DNA of 64,000 nucleotides, taken from assembly GCA_965198115.1 (NCBI GenBank), contig OZ240241.1, forward strand, positions 1,632,001 through 1,696,000, in the 5' to 3' direction. How positions within the stretch are numbered: the first letter of the stretch is position 1; every line of letters starts with the position of its first letter. The DNA is from Candidatus Latescibacterota bacterium. Lineage in GTDB: Bacteria > Latescibacterota > UBA2968. Below are positions 1 through 11,284 of this stretch, piece by piece. The position numbers and the translations under genes are program-made. Below the pieces are notes generated by a model, which searched no databases, had not been told where the DNA came from, and worked only from the letters and a program-made list of their open reading frames with translations.

Positions 1-897
1 CGATGGTATACACAGATCCAGCCCAGCCGTCCGACAGGCCACGTCCATCTCGCTCCGGAGCCGGCGGTTTGCGGCCACCCCTCCCGCCAGCAGGATGCGA
101 CTTGCACCTGCGCCTTCGCACGCCCGCACGGTCTTCGGTACCAAAGAGGCGACGACCGCCGCTTCGAAACTCGCAGCGACGTCCGCCTTCCGTTCTTCCT
201 TTTCCCGATCGGACATTTTTTGAAGATGGTAGAGAACCGCCGTCTTCAGTCCGGAGAAGCTGAACGATCGGGGGTCTGCCGGACCCCGAGGGTAGTTGAA
301 CGCCTGGTCGTCCCCGGCCTCGGCCAACACGGAAATGCGAGGCCCGCCCATCGTCGGCTGACCAGGCGCAAGCAGACCCAGTAGTTTGGCAACCTTATCG
401 AACGCTTCGCCCGCCGCGTCGTCCAGCGTCCGTGCCAGGTAACGATATCGTCCCTTTTCAACGACTTCGATTAAGTCCGTGTGCCCCCCGGATGCGACCA
501 AGGCGACGAATGGCGGTCCGAAGCCGGGTTCCTCGAGGAACCCGGAGAACAGATGGCCTTCCATATGATGGACCCCGACGACGGGCAACTGGCTCTTCCA
601 CGCCAGTCCCTTGGCCACACTGATCCCAACTAGCAGACACCCCACCAGACCGGGTCCGGAGGTGACCCCGATTCCGGCGAGGTCCCCCAGACCGAGGGCG
701 GCATCCTCCAGCGCTTCCCGAATCACAGGGACCAACGTACGCGTGTGGTTTCTCGACGCGATCTCGGGGACGACGCCCCCGTAGAGACTGTGATCGGTCT
801 GTGAGAAGATGACGTTCGACGCGATTCGGCCGTCAATCACGACCGACGCGGACGTCTCGTCGCACGACGTTTCTACACCCAGTACAGGTTCTCGCAA
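1..897 (-). CDS. tsaD: tRNA N6-adenosine threonylcarbamoyltransferase TsaD (3' end runs off the window)
   Basis: Manual translation from TTG at 897 gives VLGVETSCDETSASV, GGVVPEIASRNH, VTSGPGLVGCL, HHMEGH and LVASGGH. Absent from the ORF track, presumably because its stop lies outside the window. Confidence 0.95.
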   Translation of the reverse strand, partial: MREPVLGVETSCDETSASVVIDGRIASNVIFSQTDHSLYGGVVPEIASRNHTRTLVPVIREALEDAALGLGDLAGIGVTSGPGLVGCLLVGISVAKGLAWKSQLPVVGVHHMEGHLFSGFLEEPGFGPPFVALVASGGHTDLIEVVEKGRYRYLARTLDDAAGEAFDKVAKLLGLLAPGQPTMGGPRISVLAEAGDDQAFNYPRGPADPRSFSFSGLKTAVLYHLQKMSDREKEERKADVAASFEAAVVASLVPKTVRACEGAGASRILLAGGVAANRRLRSEMDVACRTAGLDLCIPS

Positions 898-934
898 CTC
901 AGATACCTTCACCAGGCTGAATGGAGAAAGAAAG

Positions 935-962
935 AGCCGGGCGAGAACGCTCTCGCCCGGCT
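935..962 (-). terminator. Intrinsic terminator hairpin after the small Zn-ribbon gene
   Basis: Perfect 12-bp stem AGCCGGGCGAGA/TCTCGCCCGGCT with a 4-nt loop, followed by a pyrimidine run on the minus strand. Confidence 0.7.
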
Positions 963-985
963 TAGAGATTTCGCGATGCCAAAGG

Positions 986-1177
986 CTACTTGTAGGATTC
1001 TGTAATTTCTCTTCCTACGCTGATTTCGCCGTTGTCGATGCGTAGATTGAATCCGCAGTCCGGATTGTTGCACACCCACGCCTTGTACATGATCGACGCC
1101 CCTTCGCGCCCATAATCCGACAGCGGCAGCAAAACACCGGTCCCACACTTCTGACACGATGGAAACGGATGCTCCAT
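986..1177 (-). CDS. Small conserved Zn-ribbon-like protein (63 aa)
   Basis: MEHPFPSCQKCGTGVLLPLSDYG...WVCNNPDCGF contains CxxC and CxxxxC. It has a GGAGG-type RBS plus its own promoter and terminator. Confidence 0.8.
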   Translation of the reverse strand: MEHPFPSCQKCGTGVLLPLSDYGREGASIMYKAWVCNNPDCGFNLRIDNGEISVGREITESYK

Positions 1178-1282
1178 CTTTCCCCCCTCCGCGTGAGCCT
1201 GCCGGCTCAATACACGAGCCCCCGGCGGTCCCCTTTGCCTGTCCACCAGGATGGCAACGGCTCGATCCGAATGAACACCGTA

Positions 1283-1311
1283 AAGCTAAGTGAACGAATC
1301 TAGCGTGTCAA
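1283..1311 (-). promoter_or_regulatory. Sigma70-type promoter for the small Zn-ribbon gene
   Basis: TTGACA-N17-TAGCTT on the minus strand. Confidence 0.65.
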
Positions 1312-1343
1312 TCGCCATTCAGGCCGCTTCGGGCGCCCCAAAA

Positions 1344-1372
1344 TTGACAAAGGTTGTTGATTCCCCTATAGT
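1344..1372 (+). promoter_or_regulatory. Sigma70-type promoter upstream of the XPB-like helicase
   Basis: TTGACA-N17-TATAGT, back-to-back with the divergent promoter. Confidence 0.75.
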
Positions 1373-1525
1373 TGAGATCGTTTCAACCCAGTGGCGCCAC
1401 CCTGAAGGACACCTCTGGAAACGGCGGTAAACGAGGTCTCCGTTTCGCTCGCGAGCCCCCTGATCTGGCCAGCGGGCATCCACCCGGTCAAGCATCACCG
1501 TCAGACTGCTCTCTACCCGATTCTG

Positions 1526-3214
1526 ATGAACTACGCAGCCGAAAATCCATTGATCGTTCAGAGTGATCTGAGCGTCCTCCTGGAGGTTAACAGCCCCAAA
1601 TACGAGGAAGCTCGGGATGTGCTCGCCCGCTTCGCCGAACTGGAGAAAAGCCCCGAGCACATCCACACCTACCGCATTACGCCCCTGTCCCTCTGGAACG
1701 CGGCGGCGGCGGGCCTCGATTCAGATGAGATCGGCGCCGTCCTCGAGGCCTACGGCAAATACGAGATTCCGCAGAACGTTACGGTCGAAATTGCGGAAAC
1801 GATTTCCCGATACGGAAGAATCGAACTCGACCGGGATGGCGATCATCTCGTCCTGACCGCCGACGACCCCCTCCTGCTCGTGGAGATCCTGCGTCACAAG
1901 ACCGTTCAGCCCTACATCAAGGAGCGAATCGACGAAACCCGGGCCGCGGTGGAGCCGCTGTATCGCGGTCACCTGAAACAGTCGCTCACGAAGATCGGGT
2001 TTCCCGTCCGGGACCTGGCCGGCTACCTGGCCGGCTTGCCCCTCTCCTTCTCCCTTCGGGATCAGACGCTCTTTGGCGAGCCGTTCACGTTGCGCGATTA
2101 CCAGCGTGAAGCATCCGACATCTTCTTCGCCGGCGGCGGTCCCGACGGCGGCAGCGGCACGATCGTCCTCCCCTGCGGTGCCGGCAAGACGATCGTCGGG
2201 ATGGCCGTGATGCACCGATACCAGGCCCAGACCCTGATACTCACGACGAACATCACGGCCTCAAGACAGTGGATGCAGGAGCTCGTCGACAAGACCGATC
2301 TCCGAAAAGACCAGATCGGCGAGTACTCGGGCGAGCGGAAGGAAGTTCGGCCCGTCACCGTGGCGACCTACCACATCCTGACGTATCGGAGAGAAAAGGG
2401 GGGTGAGTTCCCCCACTTCCGCCTCTTCAACGAGGGTGGGTGGGGGCTCATCATCTACGATGAAGTACACCTCCTGCCCGCCCCCGTCTTCCGATTCACG
2501 GCCGAACTCCAAGCCAGACGGCGGCTGGGGTTGACGGCCACGCTCGTTCGCGAGGACGGTCTGGAGACGGACGTCTTCAGCCTGATCGGTCCCAAGAGAT
2601 ACGACGTGCCGTGGCGCGAACTCGAAACTCAAGGTTGGATCGCGATAGCCGAGTGCAAGGAAATCCGAATCTCGCTACCCGAGAAAATGCGGCTCGACTA
2701 TGCCGTCGCCGGCGGCAGGGCAAAATTCAGGATCTCGTCCGAGAACCCGGACAAGGTGGCACTCGTTCGGCACCTCGTGGAGCGTCACGCCGACGACCAG
2801 ATCCTCGTGATCGGGCAATATCTCGCGCAGCTCGAAGAGTTGGCCAAAGATCTCCACGCGCCGATCATTCAGGGCAAGACACCGAGCGAAGAGCGCGATG
2901 AGCTTTACGAAAGTTTTCGAAGGAAGAAGCTGAAGATGCTGATCGTCTCGAAGGTCGCCAACTTCGCGGTCGATCTTCCCGACGCCAACGTCGCGATTCA
3001 GGTCTCCGGCACGTTCGGATCTCGCCAGGAAGAAGCCCAACGACTGGGCCGCATCCTCAGACCCAAACAGGGCGAGAACCTCGCTCATTTCTACACCCTC
3101 GTCACAAAGGACACACGCGAGCAGGAATTCGCACGAAACCGTCAGATGTTCTTGACCGAACAGGGTTATCGGTATTCGATCCACGACGCCGCTGACCTGA
3201 TGCCGTCCCCTTAA
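1526..3214 (+). CDS. XPB/Rad25-like superfamily 2 DNA helicase
   Basis: N-terminal LEKSPEHIHTYRITPLSLWNA (XPB N-domain), Walker A LPCGAGKT, DEVH box, GLTAT and QEEAQRLGRILR. Confidence 0.92.
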   Translation: MNYAAENPLIVQSDLSVLLEVNSPKYEEARDVLARFAELEKSPEHIHTYRITPLSLWNAAAAGLDSDEIGAVLEAYGKYEIPQNVTVEIAETISRYGRIELDRDGDHLVLTADDPLLLVEILRHKTVQPYIKERIDETRAAVEPLYRGHLKQSLTKIGFPVRDLAGYLAGLPLSFSLRDQTLFGEPFTLRDYQREASDIFFAGGGPDGGSGTIVLPCGAGKTIVGMAVMHRYQAQTLILTTNITASRQWMQELVDKTDLRKDQIGEYSGERKEVRPVTVATYHILTYRREKGGEFPHFRLFNEGGWGLIIYDEVHLLPAPVFRFTAELQARRRLGLTATLVREDGLETDVFSLIGPKRYDVPWRELETQGWIAIAECKEIRISLPEKMRLDYAVAGGRAKFRISSENPDKVALVRHLVERHADDQILVIGQYLAQLEELAKDLHAPIIQGKTPSEERDELYESFRRKKLKMLIVSKVANFAVDLPDANVAIQVSGTFGSRQEEAQRLGRILRPKQGENLAHFYTLVTKDTREQEFARNRQMFLTEQGYRYSIHDAADLMPSP

Positions 3215-3230
3215 GTCAGCTGAACACGAC

Positions 3231-4058
3231 GTGCCGATTCCGGCAGCCATCGAGCTTCTCCGTCCACTCAACGGCTCGATCACCGTAGGCTCAGTCCTCT
3301 TGGCCTCGTGGCTCGCTACGGGCGACCTCACCACCCCCGCCTATGTGGCCGCCCTGTCGGCCGCCCTCATCGTCAGTTTCGGAAACGCCCACAACGACGT
3401 CGTCGACATCGACGTCGACCGTCGCGCGCACCCCGACAGACCCCTCCCATCGGGTCGTCTGGCAGTGTCGATCGCCCAGAAACTGGCTTGGGGTTGCGCG
3501 ATCGCCGGTCTCGGTCTCGCACTGACTCTGTCGACCGCGTGCCGGGTCCTCGCCGCCACTATCGTTCTCGCACTGTGGGTCTACAATCGCTGGGCGAAGG
3601 GGTGGCCGGCCATCGGCAACGGAGCGATCGCGGCGATCGCGGCTTCCGCTTTCCCATTCGGAGGTTACGCGGTCGGCTCGATTGACAACCTATTCCCCAT
3701 TACGTCCTTCGCTTTCCTCCTCCATTTCGGTCGTGAAATCGTCAAGGACGTTGAGGACCTCCAGGCCGACGCGGAAGCCGGCCGATTCACCCTGCCTGGG
3801 GTCTGGGGGATACAGCTCGCTCGGGGAACCGCGACCACTGTCCTCATCGCCTTACTCGGGACCACCCCCTTACCCGCCCTTTACGGGATCTACGGGTGGC
3901 CCTACCTCACGGTAATCGCCGTTCTGGACATCGCCCTGGTCGGCGTGCTCTACCTGCTCTGGGTGGGTGAGACATCCTACCGATACACCCGGGCCAGCAG
4001 GGTGCTCAAAGTAGCCATGATCGTCGGTCTGGCCGCATTTCTAGTCGAGAAACCCTGA
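3231..4058 (+). CDS. UbiA-family prenyltransferase, DGGGP-synthase-like
   Basis: Multi-TM protein with the Asp-rich motifs NDVVDIDVD...PDRPLPSG and REIVKDVED. Confidence 0.85.
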   Translation: MPIPAAIELLRPLNGSITVGSVLLASWLATGDLTTPAYVAALSAALIVSFGNAHNDVVDIDVDRRAHPDRPLPSGRLAVSIAQKLAWGCAIAGLGLALTLSTACRVLAATIVLALWVYNRWAKGWPAIGNGAIAAIAASAFPFGGYAVGSIDNLFPITSFAFLLHFGREIVKDVEDLQADAEAGRFTLPGVWGIQLARGTATTVLIALLGTTPLPALYGIYGWPYLTVIAVLDIALVGVLYLLWVGETSYRYTRASRVLKVAMIVGLAAFLVEKP

Positions 4059-4077
4059 TCGACGAGAATCCCGAAAC

Positions 4078-4106
4078 TTGACACAACCCATTGATTATGC
4101 TAATTT
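4078..4106 (+). promoter_or_regulatory. Sigma70 promoter of the HU/IHF gene with an embedded IHF consensus site
   Basis: TTGACA-N17-TAATTT with an extended TG. Positions 4084-4096 on the minus strand read AATCAATGGGTTG, matching WATCAANNNNTTR. Confidence 0.65.
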
Positions 4107-4162
4107 AACGCAATGTAGGACGGAGGCTAGGGCCCTCATCTGCACCATCCAGGAGGTATGTC

Positions 4163-4543
4163 TTGGGCACCACCACCAAAAAGGAGTTGGCCCTTCGGGT
4201 CAGCGAGGAGACGGGCTGCAAGAAGAATCTCGCGTCCGAAATGGTGGACACGGTTTTCGAAGCCATGCGCGAAAGCCTGATGCATGCCGAACGGATCGAA
4301 ATCCGTGGGTTCGGTGTCTTTCAAGTCAAAGAAACACGCCCAAAGCCTGCTGCTCGAAACCCTCGAACGGGTCAGGTAATCTACGTGCCCGCGCGCCGTA
4401 AGACCCACTTCCGTCCTGGCAAGCTACTCAAAGAAGAGCTCCATCGACCTGCCGACCAGCATCTCGACCCGGTCGCGCCGGAAACACCACCTGAGAACGT
4501 ACCCCCGAACCCTCCCCGCGCAGATCTCGGTCAGCAACACTGA
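4163..4543 (+). CDS. HU/IHF-family DNA-binding protein with a Pro-rich C-terminal tail
   Basis: TKKELA...ERIEIRGFGVF...ARNPRTG...HFRPGKLLK; AGGAGG RBS upstream. Confidence 0.92.
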   Translation: MGTTTKKELALRVSEETGCKKNLASEMVDTVFEAMRESLMHAERIEIRGFGVFQVKETRPKPAARNPRTGQVIYVPARRKTHFRPGKLLKEELHRPADQHLDPVAPETPPENVPPNPPRADLGQQH

Positions 4544-4667
4544 TCGGCCGCCTACGAATGGCCGGGCCCTCGACGAGCGTTCGTCGGGGGCTTTCCTGTG
4601 CCGTCACGACATCCGTTGGTTCGACAACTCACGTCGTCCATCTAAGATCCGGTGAACGGAGAGGATT

Positions 4668-7040
<2,373 letters not shown>

Positions 7041-7051
7041 CATCATTTGTC

Positions 7052-7080
7052 TTGACAGAACTTACGCGGAGGGATAGACT
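7052..7080 (+). promoter_or_regulatory. Sigma70 promoter of tRNA-Ala
   Basis: TTGACA-N17-TAGACT, 15 nt upstream of the tRNA. Confidence 0.8.
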
Positions 7081-7095
7081 TACGCCCACTTGGAT

Positions 7096-7168
7096 GGGGC
7101 TGTAGCTCAGATGGGAGAGCGCCTGAATGGCATTCAGGAGGTCAGGGGTTCGATCCCCCTCAGCTCCA
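7096..7168 (+). tRNA. tRNA-Ala(GGC), CCA end not encoded
   Basis: GGGGCTG/CAGCTCC acceptor stem, CCTGA-ATGGCAT-TCAGG anticodon arm and GTTCGAT T-loop. Confidence 0.97.
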
Positions 7169-7184
7169 CTTTTTTCGAAGTGAA

Positions 7185-7218
7185 AAGGGTCCACCCTTAG
7201 GTGGACCCTTCCTGTTTT
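7185..7218 (+). terminator. Intrinsic terminator after the tRNA (probably bidirectional)
   Basis: Perfect 11-bp stem AAGGGTCCACC/GGTGGACCCTT with a CTTA loop. Confidence 0.75.
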
Positions 7219-7297
7219 GCGAACCGTTCTGTGATAGGGAACACAGTCGCCGCGCCGTCCGCAGCCCACATTGAATCGGGAGCGGTCCGCGTCGACG

Positions 7298-7663
7298 TCA
7301 GTTATCGATGGCCTCCTTCATCAGGTCCATGAGTTCGGACTTTCTGAACGGCTTCTCCAGCATGTAGCGAACCCCGGCGTTCGTGAGGGTTTCTCGAGCG
7401 TCGCGATTGAGATACCCCGAGATCACAACGACGGGTGTCGACATATCCCTGTCGCGGTAGAGCATCCAGACTTCGGAACCGTCGAAGTCCTCCAGATTCA
7501 GATCCAGTGTAATCAGATCGTAGTCCCCCGACAAGGCTCGTTCGGTCGCGACGATCGGATGCGCGGCGTAGTCAACCTCGAACCCTTCCGACGTAAGAAG
7601 GTCCTTCATCATCTCACAAAAACCCTGTTCGTCGTCGATGACGAGGATACGTTTGCCGGCCAT
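7298..7663 (-). CDS. Stand-alone response regulator receiver domain
   Basis: ILVIDDE...DLITLDLN...VVISGY...LEKPF; the conserved D, S/T and K are present. Confidence 0.9.
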   Translation of the reverse strand: MAGKRILVIDDEQGFCEMMKDLLTSEGFEVDYAAHPIVATERALSGDYDLITLDLNLEDFDGSEVWMLYRDRDMSTPVVVISGYLNRDARETLTNAGVRYMLEKPFRKSELMDLMKEAIDN

Positions 7664-7875
7664 GTTCTTCTCCCTGTAGTTGACGGACGTCTGCCCCAGT
7701 CATAAACTTAGGACCGCCCTCACCCGGGTCAAGCAGACCGGTGTGATCGAATGGCAACGAAACGGCTATTTGATCCGAAACTGGAACTGATCGGTCAAAT
7801 TTTTGGGCAGGGCGTGGATGGTGACTTTTCGTCCGACCGAAGATTCACCATATTGTAGTTCAGCAGAGGGCCCTC

Positions 7876-8229
7876 ATGAACATCCCGAACGAATCCGACA
7901 AGCAACTGACGCTCAACCGGCTCGACCGGCACAAGGGGAAGTATACCAAGCGCGACATCAAGGATATCCGCGCCCGCTTCAAGGCCAACTTCATGTTCCT
8001 CGAAGTCGTGAAGGAAGAAAAGTCGGGGATGTTCGGCAAATTCCTGGGCACGAAAACCGTCAGAGGAATCGGCAAGATTGCCCGTCTCGAATATCTCGGG
8101 CCGAATAAGTGGAAGCTTCTCATCTACAAATACGACGTCAACAAATACGCTCCTCATCCGAGTTTCACCGAGGGAACCGTCGAAGAATGCCTCGACGGCC
8201 ACCGTCTTCTTCTGACCATCGATCGCTGA
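7876..8229 (+). CDS. Hypothetical basic protein (117 aa)
   Basis: GC3-biased codons, a GAGG RBS and a strong hairpin downstream; no family recognised. Confidence 0.75.
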   Translation: MNIPNESDKQLTLNRLDRHKGKYTKRDIKDIRARFKANFMFLEVVKEEKSGMFGKFLGTKTVRGIGKIARLEYLGPNKWKLLIYKYDVNKYAPHPSFTEGTVEECLDGHRLLLTIDR

Positions 8230-8235
8230 ATGCAC

Positions 8236-8270
8236 GAGAGGGGTCCGTCACAACGTGACGGACCCCTCTC
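8236..8270. terminator. Bidirectional terminator hairpin between convergent genes
   Basis: Perfect 16-bp stem GAGAGGGGTCCGTCAC/GTGACGGACCCCTCTC. Confidence 0.8.
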
Positions 8271-8274
8271 CGTT

Positions 8275-9270
8275 TTACGACTGCGCTATCGACGCCGGCT
8301 CCTTCACGAATCGAGCGGCCTCCAGGACAAGTCGCGGGTCGGCGCCTGGCTTGACTCCCTCCTCGGTCAGGTGTCGCCGCCAGGCTCGCGATCCCGGCAT
8401 TCCCGCGAACAGACCTACGATGTGACGTGTCATCCGGTGAAGTCTCACGCCCTGCTGCGTCTGTTTTTTCACGTACCCGTAGAAACCTTCCAGGATTTCC
8501 TGGCGTGACGGCTTCCGCGCATCGCCAAAGATCCTCTCGTCCACATCACTCAACACGTAGGGGTGTTGATACGCCTCTCGGCCGATCATCGTGCCATCGA
8601 CGTGGGACAAATGGTTTTCCACGTCGATGAGCGTTCGAATCCCCCCGTTGATGACGATCTCCAGGTCGGCGCAGTCCCGCTTGAGACGATAAACCCGATC
8701 GTAGCGCAACGGCGGAACCTCGCGATTCTCCTTCGGACTCAACCCCTGCATCCACGCCTTTCGGGCGTGGATGGCGAACACACGACAACCACTCCCAGCC
8801 ACGACCCTGACGAACCGGTGCAGATCCTCGTAGTCGTCCCTGTCGTCGAATCCGATCCGTGTCTTCACCGTAACGGGAACGGTCACAGCCTGTCGCATCG
8901 CGGAGACGCAGTCGCCGACGAGCTCGGGCTCGGCCATCAAGCAAACGCCGAAACGACCGGACTGGACACGGTCGCTCGGACACCCCACGTTCAGGTTGAT
9001 CTCGTCGTAGCCGAAATCCTCGCCTATCCGGGCAGCGGCCGACAGCTTTCGGGGATCGCTCCCACCGAGCTGAAGGGCAACGGGATGCTCTTCCGGGCTG
9101 AACCCGAGCAACCGTCGAAGATCGCCGTGCAGAATGGCCTGCGCCGTCACCATCTCCGTGTAGAGGAGCGCGCGACGTGTCACGAGCCGGAGGAAATAAC
9201 GTTCGTGACGGTCCGTGCAGTCCATCATGGGAGCAACACAGACGCGTCGATCGGGTAGGTTTTTCATCAT
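8275..9270 (-). CDS. dusA: tRNA-dihydrouridine(20/20a) synthase DusA
   Basis: VAPMMDCTDRH, LYTEMV, EHPVALQLGGS, INLNVGCPSDRVQSGRFG and HARKAW..GLSPKENR. Confidence 0.95.
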   Translation of the reverse strand: MMKNLPDRRVCVAPMMDCTDRHERYFLRLVTRRALLYTEMVTAQAILHGDLRRLLGFSPEEHPVALQLGGSDPRKLSAAARIGEDFGYDEINLNVGCPSDRVQSGRFGVCLMAEPELVGDCVSAMRQAVTVPVTVKTRIGFDDRDDYEDLHRFVRVVAGSGCRVFAIHARKAWMQGLSPKENREVPPLRYDRVYRLKRDCADLEIVINGGIRTLIDVENHLSHVDGTMIGREAYQHPYVLSDVDERIFGDARKPSRQEILEGFYGYVKKQTQQGVRLHRMTRHIVGLFAGMPGSRAWRRHLTEEGVKPGADPRLVLEAARFVKEPASIAQS

Positions 9271-9354
9271 CGCTTGATAGGCAAGCACGCCAGAACGAGA
9301 AACGGGCGAATCGGCCGTTGACCGATCCGCCCGTTGCAGTGTTTTCTTTCAGGA

Positions 9355-10503
9355 TCAGCCGCTGTAGGCCGGCAGGTTCAGCTCGTCCCTGTTCACGATA
9401 CTCGGGGCCGCCTTGGGTATCCCGGCCTCGAGGAACGCGAGGATGTCGTTCTGATCCTGCCAGCACCCGTAGCCGTTCAGGATACCGGCCACGTTGCTCG
9501 CCGCCAGGGAGGCCATGCCCGATCGCGTCCAGATCGTAGCCGAAGCGATATGCGGCACGATCACCGCATTGAGGCAACTTTCGAGACCGGGCTTCATCTC
9601 CGGCTCGTCCTCGAAAACGTCGAGCCCGACCCTGAATTCCGGATTCTTTTTCAGGTGGTTCACCAGAGCGATCTCATCGTGCACCGGTCCCCGACTGGCA
9701 TTCACGAGAATCGCGTTGGGCTTCATCAGGTTGAGTCGTTCCTCGTTCATCAGGTGGTGCGTCGTCTCGTCCAGCAGCGGGTGCAGACTGACCACATCCG
9801 ATACCTTCAGGACCTCTTCGACCGAGTCGCAACGGCGCCACGTGATGGGTGTCTGACCTTGTGATTCAAGGAACGCGGCATAGGCTGTCAGGTAGTTTTC
9901 GAGGGGCTCGTTCTGGTAGAGGTCGTAGTAGACGAAGTTCATCTTGAAGCCCTCGACCATCATCTTGGCGTAGGCCGCGCCGATTCGGCCGGCACCGATG
10001 ACGCCGACCGTGTTTCCTGTCATCAGCTCACCCAAATAGAGCGTGGGCAACCACCCCTTGTAGTTGCCGGCCCGCATGAAGACGTCCGCCTCGGCCACAC
10101 GTCTTGCAGCGGAGAAAGTGAGCGAAACGGCCATCTCGGCCGTCGTTTCGGTCAGAACCCCGGGTGTGTTACCCACCGGTATACCGTGTTTATTGGCGTC
10201 GTCGACATTCACGTTGTTGTAGCCGACGGCGTAGTTGGCGTAGACCTTCCCACCGGCGGTCTTTAGGGCCGAAAAGAGCTCATCATCCCACCGTTCTGTG
10301 AGCTGACCGATCACACCGTCGCACTGATCGCCGATTTTCGCTTTGATTTCGTCGACGCTTAGAATGTCGGTGGATGTTCCGACCTCGACTTTGCAGTCGG
10401 CCTCGGTGAGCACCTGAAGCCAGTGATCGCCAGGTAGCTGTTTGGTCACGACCACGCGCTTGCTGCCCGATGGATTGTGAGTCTCCCAATTGCTGGATGA
10501 CAA
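9355..10503 (-). CDS. D-glycerate dehydrogenase / hydroxypyruvate reductase (plant HPR1-like)
   Basis: AVGYNNV, GNTPGVLTETTAE, GVIGAGRIG, LVNASRGP, LDVFEDEP and VPHIASA, plus the HPR1-type segments CDGVIGQLTE and MMVEGFKMN. Confidence 0.92.
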   Translation of the reverse strand: MSSSNWETHNPSGSKRVVVTKQLPGDHWLQVLTEADCKVEVGTSTDILSVDEIKAKIGDQCDGVIGQLTERWDDELFSALKTAGGKVYANYAVGYNNVNVDDANKHGIPVGNTPGVLTETTAEMAVSLTFSAARRVAEADVFMRAGNYKGWLPTLYLGELMTGNTVGVIGAGRIGAAYAKMMVEGFKMNFVYYDLYQNEPLENYLTAYAAFLESQGQTPITWRRCDSVEEVLKVSDVVSLHPLLDETTHHLMNEERLNLMKPNAILVNASRGPVHDEIALVNHLKKNPEFRVGLDVFEDEPEMKPGLESCLNAVIVPHIASATIWTRSGMASLAASNVAGILNGYGCWQDQNDILAFLEAGIPKAAPSIVNRDELNLPAYSG

Positions 10504-10542
10504 AGCACACCCTCCTCTACGGTTGAACCCGGCGATGCCGAG

Positions 10543-10935
10543 CTAAGGCTGAAGACCGAGCTGCCGAATCGAGTCCCTGCGTTCGACAACCTCCGCTGTC
10601 AAAGTCAGAAGCGAGCGAAACACGTCCACATCGACCGGCTTGGGAATCACCACGTCGGCCGCGTCGAGGTCGTCGTCGTCGATGGCCTCGGTGAAAGCCG
10701 AAACGATGGCAATGATGGTGTGGGCGCTGAGCCCGCGGATCACGGAAATCGCGTCGAGCCCGCTGACGCCCGACATGCGTACATCGAGTGAGACGAGATC
10801 GTAGGGTACCAGAATCGACCGTCCGATCGCGTCCTCGCCCGAACTGACGGCATCGACATCCCACCCAGCCTGTTCGGCAATGTGGGAGAGAAAATCGGTG
10901 ACCTCGGGGTCATCGTCAACGATGATTATTTTCAT
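10543..10935 (-). CDS. Stand-alone response regulator receiver domain
   Basis: MKIIIVDDD...DLVSLDVRMSGVSGLD...IVSAF...IPKPV. Confidence 0.9.
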   Translation of the reverse strand: MKIIIVDDDPEVTDFLSHIAEQAGWDVDAVSSGEDAIGRSILVPYDLVSLDVRMSGVSGLDAISVIRGLSAHTIIAIVSAFTEAIDDDDLDAADVVIPKPVDVDVFRSLLTLTAEVVERRDSIRQLGLQP

Positions 10936-11284
10936 AGATTTCCGTCGGAATGGGGCCCGTTGTGCGGCCGTCCAATGTAAAGGAATGCCTCGGGGTGGTC
11001 AAGCGGGAAAGCCTTGCAGGACGGGAGTTTAGACACAAAGGTTCGACATCGCACTGGCTGGATGGCCGGCTTATATGGCGAAACCTTACCAGCGAAACAC
11101 GCCGGTCCTATCGAGCGAAATGCGTTCGTTCGGGGCGCCTTCTCGCGCCGGCCTCGCCCGGGTGAACGACAACATTGACGTAGACCCCACTTCCCCGTAA
11201 GGTTACGATTCACCGAGCACCGCACCCTCTTCCCTACGAGGAATGCGGTCTTTCACCCAGCCGAATCGAAAACAGGAGAAACCC

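Noticed and set aside
1379-1525. Glycine-riboswitch-like words (GAAGG, CTCTGGA) in the XPB leader
   Set aside because: The conserved aptamer order and the CTCAGG element are missing, and the downstream gene is unrelated to glycine.
7096-8270. Genomic island or prophage integrated at tRNA-Ala
   Set aside because: No integrase, no duplicated tRNA 3' end seen and no compositional shift.
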